Of a stretch of 64,000 bases of DNA, positions 1 through 11,131 are shown piece by piece (the first letter of the stretch is position 1; each line of letters opens with the position of its first letter). Source of the DNA: Xylographa opegraphella. Taxonomy: Eukaryota. Location: the NCBI GenBank assembly GCA_022813865.1, contig JALDZX010000055.1, positions 62,001 through 126,000 on the forward strand, read 5' to 3'. The notes under the pieces were generated by a model, which was given only the letters and a program-made list of their open reading frames with translations, was not told where the DNA came from and did no database searches. The translations under genes were made by a program, and so were the position numbers.

Positions 1-666
1 TTTGGGGTTATACGGCAGCTCTCTCGTTCCCGAGAATTGCCCAACGCGCATATGTGGTTAGCAGTCTCTCCTTGACACATACGGAATAATACCACGAACG
101 AAACCGATACCGCAGCAACGACCACCCCGTTCATATCTCGCTCAACCCCTCTCCACCCATCCCCCATCAAATCCACCTCCCCCGAGAATCCGCACCACTA
201 GCAGCTTCCCCAAACGTCTTCCTCACCCCCGTGCAAGTCCTCGTACGAACCCCTCCCTGGCTCTCTTCAAGCGTGCAAGACTTTCTCTGCCCCTGAGTTG
301 GTATATAAGGACTCCCGCAGCCCATCTCCCCTTTCTTCCGCTCGAGCATCCAGCGTCCAGCGAGCAGCGGCAATTAAATCATATCCTCTTGAAATCCACC
401 AGCGTAGCAAGATAATGCTCACCATGCATGAAAGCTTCCTTCGGAGCACCATACCTTCCATACTACACCATCCTCATTCCTCCTCAACCCTCTCCCCTCG
501 CTCCCTCTCTCACCCACGCATCCACAACCTTCCTCCCTCCCCAGCACCACATCACCAACCCAGCAGCCATTCAACCCCACCCCCACCCAAGCCACACACC
601 ATCCACACATCGTGCACACATAATGCACTTAACTCCACCCCTTCCGCGCACGCCACGAGCCCATCT

Positions 667-700
667 CCAGCTCCAGATCCAGATCCAGATCCAGCTCCAG
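667..700. repeat. Short (CCAGAT/CCAGCT)n hexamer tandem repeat
   Basis: ccagctccagatccagatccagatccagctccag is directly visible. Confidence 0.8.
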
Positions 701-1654
701 CGCAGCTATTCGACCTTTCGTTCGTCCGTCCGTCGAAGAATTCCCTCGGCCCCGCTCCGCCCCGCTGCACTGTCCATGCTATGCCATACCATACGATGCC
801 ATGCCATGAGCCACTAAAAGTGAAAGGTGTGTGCCAGATCGACTTACCCTGCTCTACCATGCTCGCCATGCTGCCACCTCCCAATCGCCTCCCTCTCCAA
901 CCCCTCTCCCTCCCCCTCTCCCTCCCCCTCTCCCCTCTCCCTCCCATCTCCCCTCACCCACTCGACATATAAACAGAGAAAAAGAATCCATTCCCAAGAC
1001 TTTCCTAGCTAACCATTTATTTATCCACAAAAAAAAAAAGATTCCATCAACCTCCAACACCCAACACTCAGCAGCACGAAACCTCTGGACGTCAGACGGG
1101 GGCAAAAAAGTCGCTAGTTGTGAGCGCGAGTCGGAAGTGGTAAGCGCAGACGGGGCATCGGGGCGGGGAGAGGGGACGCCGGGTTTGGGAAGGGGGGGGG
1201 GGGAGGGGGCCCAGGGGAGCGATGGCAGGCAGGGTAATATGCCCCTGCAACAACACAAAGGAAAAGAGAAGAAAGACATTGGGCGTGTGTGCAAATCTCC
1301 AATCCGAGGGGGAAAAACATCATCAATACAGACATGCAACCAGTCACTCCCACCTAAAGCAAAGCGTCATGCCATCTACCCCATCACGCCCACAAGACCC
1401 ACGACAGCCCCAGGCCCACGACTACAATCACCGGCACGGGCAACAGCACAAGTCTATTAGTTAATGTGTATGCAAACTACTGCACCGTAAGCTTACGTAT
1501 ATGTACACGTCCTCGTCAACTTTTCACCGGCACAGGAGGGAAAGGAAAAACAAGGAGTCCGAGTTGAACCAGTTGTTCACAAGCCCAAGCCATGTAGTTG
1601 TACCAAGGAAAACACAATACACTCGGGGCCGTGTACGTCTGCCATCCCCACCGT

Positions 1655-4600
1655 CTAGTCATCCACCTCCGCCTCGTTGGCGCGAGCGGCCAAGTGCCAC
1701 CGCTTCTTGCCAGTATCATCCATCTCATGCTCAAGAGCCAATTTCGAGAGATGGCCGATGATGTTCTCCATCTGGGTGTCACCGGCGTTGCGGGTCTTAC
1801 GGCCGAGGTTGTCGAGCCACGAAATCTTGTTCAGGAGGAAATAGACAATCGCAATCACAATGATCACGGCCAAGGAGTAAATCCAGATGACAACCACAGT
1901 GACAATGCTCGTGTTGCCAACCTTTGGCGGGACGTCAGTGAGGTTCGTAGCCAGATCCGCGGGGTCACTTGGATTCTCGCCGCTCCCGGAGATCCATCCG
2001 AAGACACAGAAGAGAGTCGAGAGGATATCGACACCGAGGATGGCACCGACCAGCTGCCAAGAGGGCCAAGTTTCGCTACCGCGAGTGACGAAGATGAGCC
2101 AGTTCTCGGTCAGGGAGATTTCGAGGAAAAGGACTTCTTGGATTGAACCGTAGTTCTGGATGACACCGCCGTTGGGAAGGAACATCGAACCTCGGATGAC
2201 CCAGGTACCGAGCGCGAGTAAGATACCGAGTACGACACTGATGATCCAAATCTTGGGAAGTTGCCATTCCACAGGTCGGGCTTCATAATGAGCGTTATCG
2301 TAGGCCACAGCGATTGTCGCCAGATCAGCGAACAAGGCGAGGAAAACGACAAGATCGACACGCACGGTTTCGTTGATGATAACCATCGAAGTCACGAGAT
2401 AGATTTCGAGATGGAGACACAGGGCGATACGGTATTGGATATAAGCCTTCATGCGCTGGAAAATCTGGCGGGCGATCTTGATGGCGCTGACAATTGTGCT
2501 AAGACCTGGTGCGAGGAAAACAATGTCCGCGGCCGCTTGAGCTGCCTCGGAAGCACCTTCGACGGCGATACCGCAATCGGATTTCTTGAGCGAGGGAGCA
2601 TCGTTGACACCGTCACCAGTCATGGCAGTCAGATGTCCACGTTCCTGAAGCATTTCCACGACCTGGTACTTGTGTTCCGGGAAGACTTCCGCGAACCCAT
2701 CGGCACGCTCGACGAGGTCGTGTTGGGTCGAGCCTGAAAGACCGCTGTGGATGAGCTTCTCCGAGTTGTACACCTTGGAGCCGAGATTGAGCATGGTGCA
2801 GGTTTCCTTGGCGATCGCAATGGCATCACCAGTCAACATCTTCACCTTCAGCCCCAGGGTCTGAGCTTCAGTGATCGTCTGAGCCGTATCTTCACGCGGA
2901 GGGTCGAACATGGGCAACATGCCGAGCAGGATCCATTCCTTGTCGCCTTCCTTAACCGCAACACCTAGAGAACGGAAGCCACGACGAGCGAATTCGGCAG
3001 CTTTGGCCTTGAACAGGTCGGACGTCTCTTTGGAGCAGTTGGTCAAGCTCAAAATAGCCTTGGGCGCTCCTTTGGCGCAAGTAAACAGTTGCCCATTGTA
3101 CAGAGCTTCCGTGGTAATTCGCTTTGAGACTGGGTCGAACGGCGTGTATTTTTGAGTCTTCCATCCAGATTCGAGGATCTCCCTGGCCTTTGGGTATTTC
3201 TTGAGCGTCAGAATGGTGACCTTGTCAATGGGATCCAAGGACTTGGTGTTGTGCGACGAAGCCAGAGCGGCGACAGCCATCATCCAGTTGACATCTTGGC
3301 CTTCGGCAACGTAGGGTTCTCGAATACTCAGTTGATTAGCGGTCAGGGTTCCGGTCTTATCACTGCAGAGAACGTCGACACCCTAAACGATATTAGTGAG
3401 ATGAGATCACATCTTGCGAGGAGGACAGCATACAGCGAGGGATTCAATGGCAGTGAGCTTTTGAACAATTGCCTTCTCTGTCGCCAGGTAGGCAGCTCCG
3501 ACGGCCAGGGTCGTGGTGGTCACGACGGGCAGACCGACGGGGACACCGACGATCAACAAGATCAGGACATAATGCAAGAGATTGGTAGAGGAGTCCATGG
3601 GCGTGGCAATGTTGAGATGATGATAAAACCCACCGATCCACGCAATCAGAATCCATGCGACGACAAGAACAAGGAGTGCCGTTCCGATGGAGTTCATGAT
3701 AGCTTTGAAGTGACCTTGGTCCTTGGCACCTTGGACCAAACTCGCAGTCCTACCGACGAAGGAAGCTCTTGCAGATGCGGTGACGACGGCGTAAGCTTTG
3801 CCACGCTTGCAGCCAGTGGTATAGTACAGAGTGTCGCCCATGTACTTGTCGACGGCCAAGGACTCTCCAGTGATGGCAGATTGATCGGCTGCGACAACGG
3901 CATGACCGTGGTGCTGCTCTTCCGGTTCGCCATCCTCATCGACGTGCTTCTCAGCGATGTCACCGTCCAGTTCTTCGCGTTGCATTTGCTGGTACTCGGC
4001 AAAAGCCTCGGGTGTTTCGTAGTCGCAGATCAGTTTCGCGTCGGCCGGAATGACTTGGCCTTCTTCGACCAGGATCTGTGGTTATTAGCATCAGACGCGT
4101 CTCGACACATCGTCGGACTGCTTACAATATCACCGGGCACAAGCTCGCGAGCCTTGATTTCTTGCTCACTCCCGTCGCGGATCACGTAGGCTTTCATTGC
4201 AATGTCACCGCGAAGACTGGCGACCACGTCGGCGGCTTGCTTTTCCTGATACCATCCGACTCCGGCATTGAGCAGCAGGATGGCAATGATAACACCAAAA
4301 TCGATCCAATCCTGAAGACCGGCGGCGAGGAGGACAGCGATTTCCATGACTATGTACGCGTTAGGACGAAACTTCTGCTGCCGACGGGGCAAATCTTACC
4401 GTATAAAATGGGACCTTGGAAGTAACCGAGAAACTTGAGGAACATATTCTCCTTCTCCGTGGTCAATTCGTTCCAACCCGTCTTCTTGCGACGAGTTTCG
4501 ACTTCGGCATTGGTGATGCCTTTCTTGATGTCGGTCTCGATCCACTCATCCGGAACCTCAAACTCGTCACCACTCCCGGCCGCGGTCTTCTTCCCACCCC

Positions 4601-4880
4601 AGAATTTCCACCATGGTTTCTTCTTGGCCTCTGGGTCGTTGCCATCGTAGACCCCGGACGCGGTGGATTTCCGACGTCCGCCCTCACGGTAGGTGGAGAT
4701 GTACTTGACTAGGTTGGTGTACTCGTCCGTGGTGTCGCCGCCCTTGTTGTTGGGCTCGGCGAACATGCCCTGTTCCTTTTCGACGTCGCCATTTTCGAGG
4801 CTCTCGGTGTGGGTGTGACGGGCGGTGTCGGTGTTGTTGGGCGGGTGGAAGCTGTTACTGTTGAATTGCACGCTCGACAT
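1655..4880 (-). CDS. PMA1: Plasma-membrane H+-ATPase (P3A-type), 4 exons; introns 4350-4399, 4076-4125, 3383-3433
   Basis: Spliced translation gives DQSAITGESL, IVGVPVGLP, LCSDKTGT (phosphorylation site), KGAP, MLTGD and TGDGVNDAPSLKK. All three introns are GT-AG, 50-51 nt, and restore the frame. Confidence 0.97.
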
Positions 4881-5025
4881 GTTTACAGCATACTAGGGAA
4901 AACGATTAAAAAGTAGTAATGACCCCGGACCGACAATTGATAGATCTAAGAATGAATCAATTGACGATACAGAGATCCAAGAAGGGTAGGGTAATGCACA
5001 GGAAGAACAGGGCACGACGGGAGAA

Positions 5026-5059
5026 GGAGGAGGAGGAGGAGGAGGAGGAGGAAGAGGAG
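5026..5059. repeat. (GGA)n microsatellite, (TCC)n on the PMA1 strand, in the PMA1 upstream/5' UTR region
   Basis: Directly visible ggaggaggagga run; a poly-G tract follows at about 5208-5221. Confidence 0.9.
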
Positions 5060-6722
5060 TGGAGATGTTTGGGGTGCGATGATGAAAGAGAAGAAGAAGA
5101 AGAGAAACGAGGATGTGGGAGGGGGAACAAGAGCTCTGTCTTAGCCGGGGCGCCGTTACCTTTATTAGTAGTTTTGGCTGGACTAGTCCGAATTGCAATT
5201 GGGCCTTTGGGGGGGGGGGGGTGTGAAGTGATGGAAGGCGCGAGAGATAAGGCGCGGGCGCTGGCTGGGTGACGGAGGGGAGAAGGGAAGAGGGAAGAGG
5301 GAAGAGGGACGAGGGAAAATGAGTGATGAGTGATTTTCGAGCCTTTTAGTGCGCCAATCGAAATCCCGAGAGCGAAAAGGAAGTCGTCGTCTAAGTTTTT
5401 TGGGGGGAGCGAGATAGCAAAGAAGGCAAGAAGGAAAAGGTCGGGTGGGCCAGGTCGCAAATGACGTACGTCGGAAGCAAGCTTGAGAGGTTTGCGGAGG
5501 CCAGGGTCCCTGCTCATGTGTTTCCTACGTAGGACTGCTTTGCTCGCTGCTCGCTGCTACGGCTCACGGCTCACAGTCCTGATCTCATCTGCGACTCCTC
5601 ACCAATCGCTCTATACGACTACCGTGCTACGTGTACTCTGTAAGAAGCAGCTTCAATTGAACGATGACGCCGTAATCAATGCCTTTTGCACTCACCTGCC
5701 TGTGAGCAGAAGCAGTCCTTCGTCCAAACCCCCGCACCAAGAAGCTCGGCTTGGCTTTTGCGTCTGTTCTGTACCGCCATACGACGCTAGGCTAGTGTCA
5801 GCAAACTGCAGTCAGCAGCTGCAGCATTAGCGGTTCGGAAAAGCTTGTGTGGAGAGCGGTGATTGGTCAATCGCGACCAGCATCGCAAAGCAAATGCCAC
5901 CACCCAACGGATCGCCGTCATTGTCCCCGATCGGCCCGTTTCTCAATCGTTGTCGAGTCAAGAGGTGAGCAGCAGGCGAACCAAGAGGTCATCGGTCAAG
6001 ATAATTACTCAATTCCTACTCCGTACTGCAGTTGCCGCTGCTGTCTGTCTGCGTCTACGAGCCGCATACTCACTATCTGAATTGTTTACTTTATGTTTGT
6101 TGTGGACACTACCCGCAATCTGGCATTCCGTGGAAATTGGCAATCATACTAATCGTGAAACATTTCTCGCGCTCGCCCTCCAACGGTATCCCATCTCACC
6201 TCCCTAACTCTGCGAAATATGTCGCGCAACTGGGGCCGGGTGCCGCCGCTTCCGATGCCAAATTCTGACATACCGAGAGCACACGTCGGCGCTGACTCTG
6301 CTGCCCTTCCCATAAATGCCTCGCATCTCACCTTTCGAGCCTTCGAGGGCCCATCCAGCACGGCAAGGGCCGGCCACGCTAAGCTGGGATGCTCCTACGC
6401 TAGTCCTCGCATCCACGACCCCGCTAGCAGGGGAGCAGGCACGAGAGGTTGAGGCAATTCGGTCATCGCAGACAGGGATGGCGCCGGCAACGCTCAGAGG
6501 CATCACGCTTTGATACAGTACCTTACTGTGTGGTACGGAGTATAACTCGTACACGTACCTCCGTAGCATAGTGGTAGATCTAGAATGATGGCGATTCGGG
6601 CGACTGAGGCATAAATTGACCGTCCCACCCACCCCCGGAAAGCCGATACACCGACCCCCAGAAGTGGAACGCCAGGCCTAGAACCGAAGATAAAGGATTT
6701 TTTTCCGCATCTTCGAAAAGCC

Positions 6723-8093
6723 TCATCTTATTTCTGCGTTCCCACCCCTCGGACGACGCTCCCTCTTGCCAAAGAAATCGCTCATCTTCCTCATCCCCGA
6801 CGTATCCACCTTCTGCAAATCCCGCACCCCGCGGGACTGCCCGGCCTTCCTCCTCCGCTCCTCCTCCTCCTGCTTCCGCTTCTTCGCCGCCCGCGACTCC
6901 GCGCCCCCCTCGTCCTCCGCCATGCCGCGTTTCCAGCTGAAGTCGCCGACCGAGCGCGACGCCAGGGCCTCGGCCCGCAGCTCGGCCACGTGCGCGAGCT
7001 GGCGCGTGCACGCTCCGAAATCAATGGGGCTCGTGTGGGAGTCGAGCAGGTGGGTGAGCGCGGTGGCAAGATGGGCTGGCACGTACGTCGATACCAGATA
7101 GGTCACGGCCACCCGGAGGCGCAGAAGGCCCAGCACCTCCGCTGGCGTTTCGGCTGCGATCGCGGTCGCATCCAGCGTTTCTGGTATGGTGATGGTCGTG
7201 TGGTCGGACGACCTGGTGTCCGGCGTGGAAGCAGTGCCAGTGCTGGTCTGGGAGTCGGATGCGTCCACACTGATTTCGTCGCGAACTGCCTCGTCCTCGC
7301 CCGACGGCTCGCTCACCACCGTCCTTTCCCGCTTGAGACCAACGACCGGCACCTCCAGCGCCTTCCGGACAAATCTCTCGTCCATGCTCTGCGGAAGGCC
7401 GGCGACGACCATCCTCCTCGCTTTCTGGCACAGTTCCTGCAACAGCTTGCCTTCGCTCAGTCGATACATCTGCTCATCGCCCGCCTGCACGACGTCACAG
7501 ACACTCGCCATGCGGTCCCGGATGCGCTCTCGAATCGGCTCATGCTTCAAAGCGTAGTTCAGATGCCTGGACGATTCCGCCAGTCTCTCCAAATGATCAT
7601 CGAACGCCAGAAACGGTTCCTTCGACGAACCCTCCTTCGCCGCATGCCTCGGGCTCAAGCCCGGAAGGAGCAGGAAAAGCGGATCCATGCGCGTAGCCGC
7701 GAACACCTCCGCCTTTCTCACCACGTAGCCTCCACTCCATCCATTATTATACATCTCATCCTCCCCCGTCACGTCTCCCTCCGTCCCAGCACCCCCATCG
7801 GTACGAGCCCTTGCGACTTCCGTAGCCCCCGCCTTCTTCGCGCTCAGGAGCCAGCTCCGATGCAACGACTTCGGCGCCGCGATCCTCGTGAACTCGAAGA
7901 TGCCCGCCTCCGGGCAGAAGTAGTAGCGCGTCGGGAACGAGCTTCGCGGGTGGGCGAGCGTGATGATCGAGGCGTGCTGGCTCGCCGATTTGGGCAGGAT
8001 GAACAGTCGGGGTGACGGTGCGGTGGTGGTGGTGGTGGTGGTGGTGGAGGCCATGTTGTCGGAAGCCAAGGACGCTGCAGCGCGGGTTCTCAT
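6723..8093 (-). CDS. RNH202: Ribonuclease H2 subunit B (Rnh202/Ydr279 family), intronless
   Basis: N-terminal PRLFILP..IITLAHPR..RYYFCPEAGIFEFTRIAAPK..RSWLL, DPLFLLLP, and the C-terminal PIP-box-like KVDTSGMRKMSDFFGK. Start taken at ATG 8093 (next in-frame ATG about 8055). Confidence 0.88.
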   Translation of the reverse strand: MRTRAAASLASDNMASTTTTTTTTAPSPRLFILPKSASQHASIITLAHPRSSFPTRYYFCPEAGIFEFTRIAAPKSLHRSWLLSAKKAGATEVARARTDGGAGTEGDVTGEDEMYNNGWSGGYVVRKAEVFAATRMDPLFLLLPGLSPRHAAKEGSSKEPFLAFDDHLERLAESSRHLNYALKHEPIRERIRDRMASVCDVVQAGDEQMYRLSEGKLLQELCQKARRMVVAGLPQSMDERFVRKALEVPVVGLKRERTVVSEPSGEDEAVRDEISVDASDSQTSTGTASTPDTRSSDHTTITIPETLDATAIAAETPAEVLGLLRLRVAVTYLVSTYVPAHLATALTHLLDSHTSPIDFGACTRQLAHVAELRAEALASRSVGDFSWKRGMAEDEGGAESRAAKKRKQEEEERRRKAGQSRGVRDLQKVDTSGMRKMSDFFGKRERRPRGGNAEIR

Positions 8094-8219
8094 GCCGGTA
8101 GCTTCAGGTTGGGCAAAGCGCCTCTGAGCTTCTGTAGATATGCCTGCTCGGCGCGTTTGAATAAAAATTGAATTGTAGTCTGCTCCTGATCGAATTCCGC
8201 AGAAGCATTTCTTTGCGAG

Positions 8220-8264
8220 ACGCGTCAAAAAAGGCTAGCCCGCGCGTGGGAACGCGAAAGCGCG
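8220..8264. promoter_or_regulatory. Cluster of MCB/SCB-like G1/S elements in the divergent RNH202-MCM10 promoter
   Basis: ACGCGT 8220-8225, CGCGCGT 8241-8247, ACGCGAAA 8252-8259 and CGCG 8261-8264 lie within 45 nt between two DNA-replication genes. Confidence 0.6.
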
Positions 8265-8596
8265 GCTTCCACGTCGAACGGAACGACAGGACACCAGCAT
8301 CAAATTTGCAAGCATCGCTCACTAACAACCATACGTCCATCACGACCCCACCACTACTTGCTCCAGAAAATGCCGCTGCCGCTCCCTTCGAGCGCGCATG
8401 AACAGTCCTCATCCCTTTCACCACCACCGCGGCAACAACGGACCAAGCACACCCACGCATAATATAACCTCACCTCAACCCCATCTCAACGCAATCCCCT
8501 AGCTCACAAGCAGGCAAGCTCTCCCCCTTCTCTTCCTCCCCTCCCCCTCCCTTTTCCTCTCCCCTCCCCCTCCACAGCTGACCCCCAACCACAGCA

Positions 8597-8752
8597 ATGC
8601 CCCCCCCCCACTGGCCCCCCCGCTCCCCCTACGAAGCCCTCCTCAGCTCTCCCACCGCGCGCCAAAACCAAACCACCCACCACCGCCACCGCCGCTCCGA
8701 GCACACCTCGCCCTCGCCCTCGCCCCTCAAACGGCGCCGCAACACCAACAAT

Positions 8753-8810
<58 letters not shown>

Positions 8811-11011
8811 GCCCCCCCCCCTCCACCCAGCACTTCTCCCCCTCCTCCTCCGAAGACGAAGAAACCCTCCACCTCCGCCTCCAAGCCCTCGAAGCGAAAC
8901 TCAAACTACGAGCACTACGGACCCGCCGCCGCCAGCATGCGGACCCTACTTCCGGACTAGCGAGGGATACCCCCAAAATGCCACCTCGCCCACAACCACC
9001 GCCCCCTACCGCGCTACAGCAACAAGAACAAGCCCAAACACAAGTCCAAGCCCAGATCCAAATCCCCCTCTCCCCCACCCGCACTACCACCACCACCACC
9101 GCCGAAGCCCCCTCACCAGGCCGCGTCCGCCTCGGCATCGACAAGGGCCTGCGCGGGCGCAACGTCTCGCTACGGCGAGCGCCCGCGCCCGCGCCCGCTC
9201 CGCTCGACGACCCCTTCACAAGCGACGCGCGCGCGAGCGGGCAGCCGTCGTTCAGCCAGCGCATGGCGGCCGCGCGGCAGCTGGAGCGGGAGCGCGCGGC
9301 GCGCTCGCACACGCTCGAGAGGATGCGGGGGAGGCGCAGTGTGGGGTTTGGGGTCGCGAGGGAGGAGGTTGAGGGGTTTAGGAGGGAGGCGGAGGGGAGG
9401 GGGACGGGGGCGAGGGTGGAGGAGGGGGAAGGGGGGAGGGCGTTTTCTCGCGAGGAGGTCGTGCGGGCTTATCAGTCGGGGAAGAAGGAGGGGGGAGGGC
9501 ACAGGAGCGGTACTGCAGTGGCAAGCGTGCGTGCTTCGCGCCCGCTCGACAGCGCCGCGGGTGTGTGCTCGGAGCGGGCAACGGCTCGGTCTACACCTGC
9601 GGCTTCTGCTCGCACGACACACCGCATGCGGGAAGCGGAGCACGCGACTACGCGGTCAACGGGCACGGCGGTTGCGGACGAAGCGGCAGAGCCATCGTTG
9701 CAGACGCCGGAGCTCTACGAAAGTTTCTCAGACACCCACCTGTCGCGGCGCATCCTGCCGCACACGTTCCTCGCGCGCACGCTCGAGGCCAAGCGCGTGG
9801 TGCTCATCCCAGACCTGCTGCGAGAGATCAAAGCGCCCGACTTCTGCCTGCCGGCGTCGCTCGAAGCAAGCGACTTCGTCGTCCTCGGCAGCATAGCGTC
9901 CAAATCCGCGCCGCTGAGCCACAAAGGCTCCTACGCGACCGGCAGCAGCAGCGGGCTGCAAGCAGCGACGACCTCGTGCGCACAGGCGGCGGAGTCGGAC
10001 GCCAACGTGCACGGCAAGTACATGGTCTTCACGCTCACGGACCTCCGCTGGACGCTGGACCTCTACCTCTTCACGACGGCCTACACGCGCTTCTGGAAAC
10101 TGACGCCCGGCACCGTGATTGCCATCCTCAACCCCAGCGTCATGCCGCCGCCGCGCGGCAAGGAGGACACCGGCCGCTGGTCGCTCGTCCTCAGCTCCAG
10201 CGACGACACCGTCCTCGAGATCGGCACCGCGCGCGACCTCGGCTTCTGCAAGGCCACCAAGCGCGACGGCAAGGCCTGCGCCAGCTGGGTCGACGCGCGC
10301 AAAACCGCCTTCTGCGAGTGGCACGTCGATCGCGGGGTCGAGAACTGCCGCCGCGGACGCATGGAGGTGCAGGGCATGAGCGCGCCGTTTGCGCCCGGCG
10401 GGAGAAGAGGTGGGCGGACGGGCTTCTTCGGGGGCAAGGGGGGGAGGAGGGGGAAGGGTGACGAGGGCCAGGGATTGCTGAAGGAGGGGCGCCAGTACGA
10501 TCGCGAGTCGCGCTCCACGTACTTCATCGCTCCGAGCTTCGGCCGAGGCAATGCCGCCAGCCTGCTGGACGCCGATGAGACCGGGGCCGGGAGGGGTATG
10601 AGTCGGGAAGAAGCGCTGCGGAAGCGGCTTGCGGAGCGGGAGAAGGAGAAGGACGTGGCGAAGAAGCTAGGGGAGATGGGCAACGGAACGGGAGCGGAAT
10701 ACCTGCGGCTGAGACATGGCGATGGTCAGAGCAGAGGCGTGGACGACAGGGCCGCCAGCGGTGTCCCGGTCGACGCTGGCGCGCTGGGGTTGCTTGGAAA
10801 CAGCGCGCGGAACGTGCAGCTGAGCCCGCTGAAGAGGAAGGCGAGCGGTGGGAGTATGTCTGCGTCGCGGAAGAAGACACGCTTTGTCACGGCGAAGGGG
10901 ATCAGAGAGGCTGGGAGGGAGAGTTTGGGAGTCGAGACGGGTCTGGTGGAAGATGGTGGGTTGGGACGTGGACTTCGGTTGCCGGACGAAGACGATCTAG
11001 ATATTGTCTGA
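8597..11011 (+). CDS. MCM10: DNA replication protein Mcm10 (OB fold plus CCCH primase zinc finger), intronless
   Basis: N-terminal WPPRSPYEALLSSP, OB-fold GKYMVFTLTDL..LYLF..FWKLTPGTVIAILNP, and zinc finger LEIGTARDLGFCKATKRDGKACASWVDARKTAFCEWH. Confidence 0.92.
8748..8809 (+). repeat. (AAC)n coding microsatellite encoding poly-Asn (about 21 N) in MCM10
   Basis: Nearly perfect aacaacaac run with one aat interruption. Confidence 0.95.
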
Positions 11012-11131
11012 GGCTTTGCGACTGTCTCGTGTTTGAGAGAATAGGCGTTGACAGAAAAAATGGGTCTTTCGCTTTCATCTTCCACGTTTGGTTTCTAAGG
11101 GGTCTGAAACAATCGTGACAATTGGAAGTTT

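Noticed and set aside
298..1460. Pro/His/Ser-rich ORFs (224 aa, 209 aa) downstream of PMA1
   Set aside because: Low-complexity C-rich and G-rich sequence depleted of stop codons; no domain or consistent exon structure.
3152..4189. 345-aa plus-strand ORF and other long ORFs antisense to PMA1
   Set aside because: Shadow ORFs caused by the biased codon usage of the real minus-strand gene; no recognisable motifs.
6990..10683. Many overlapping alternative-frame ORFs over RNH202 and MCM10
   Set aside because: Expected in very GC-rich coding DNA; Arg/Ala/Gly-rich translations with no motifs.
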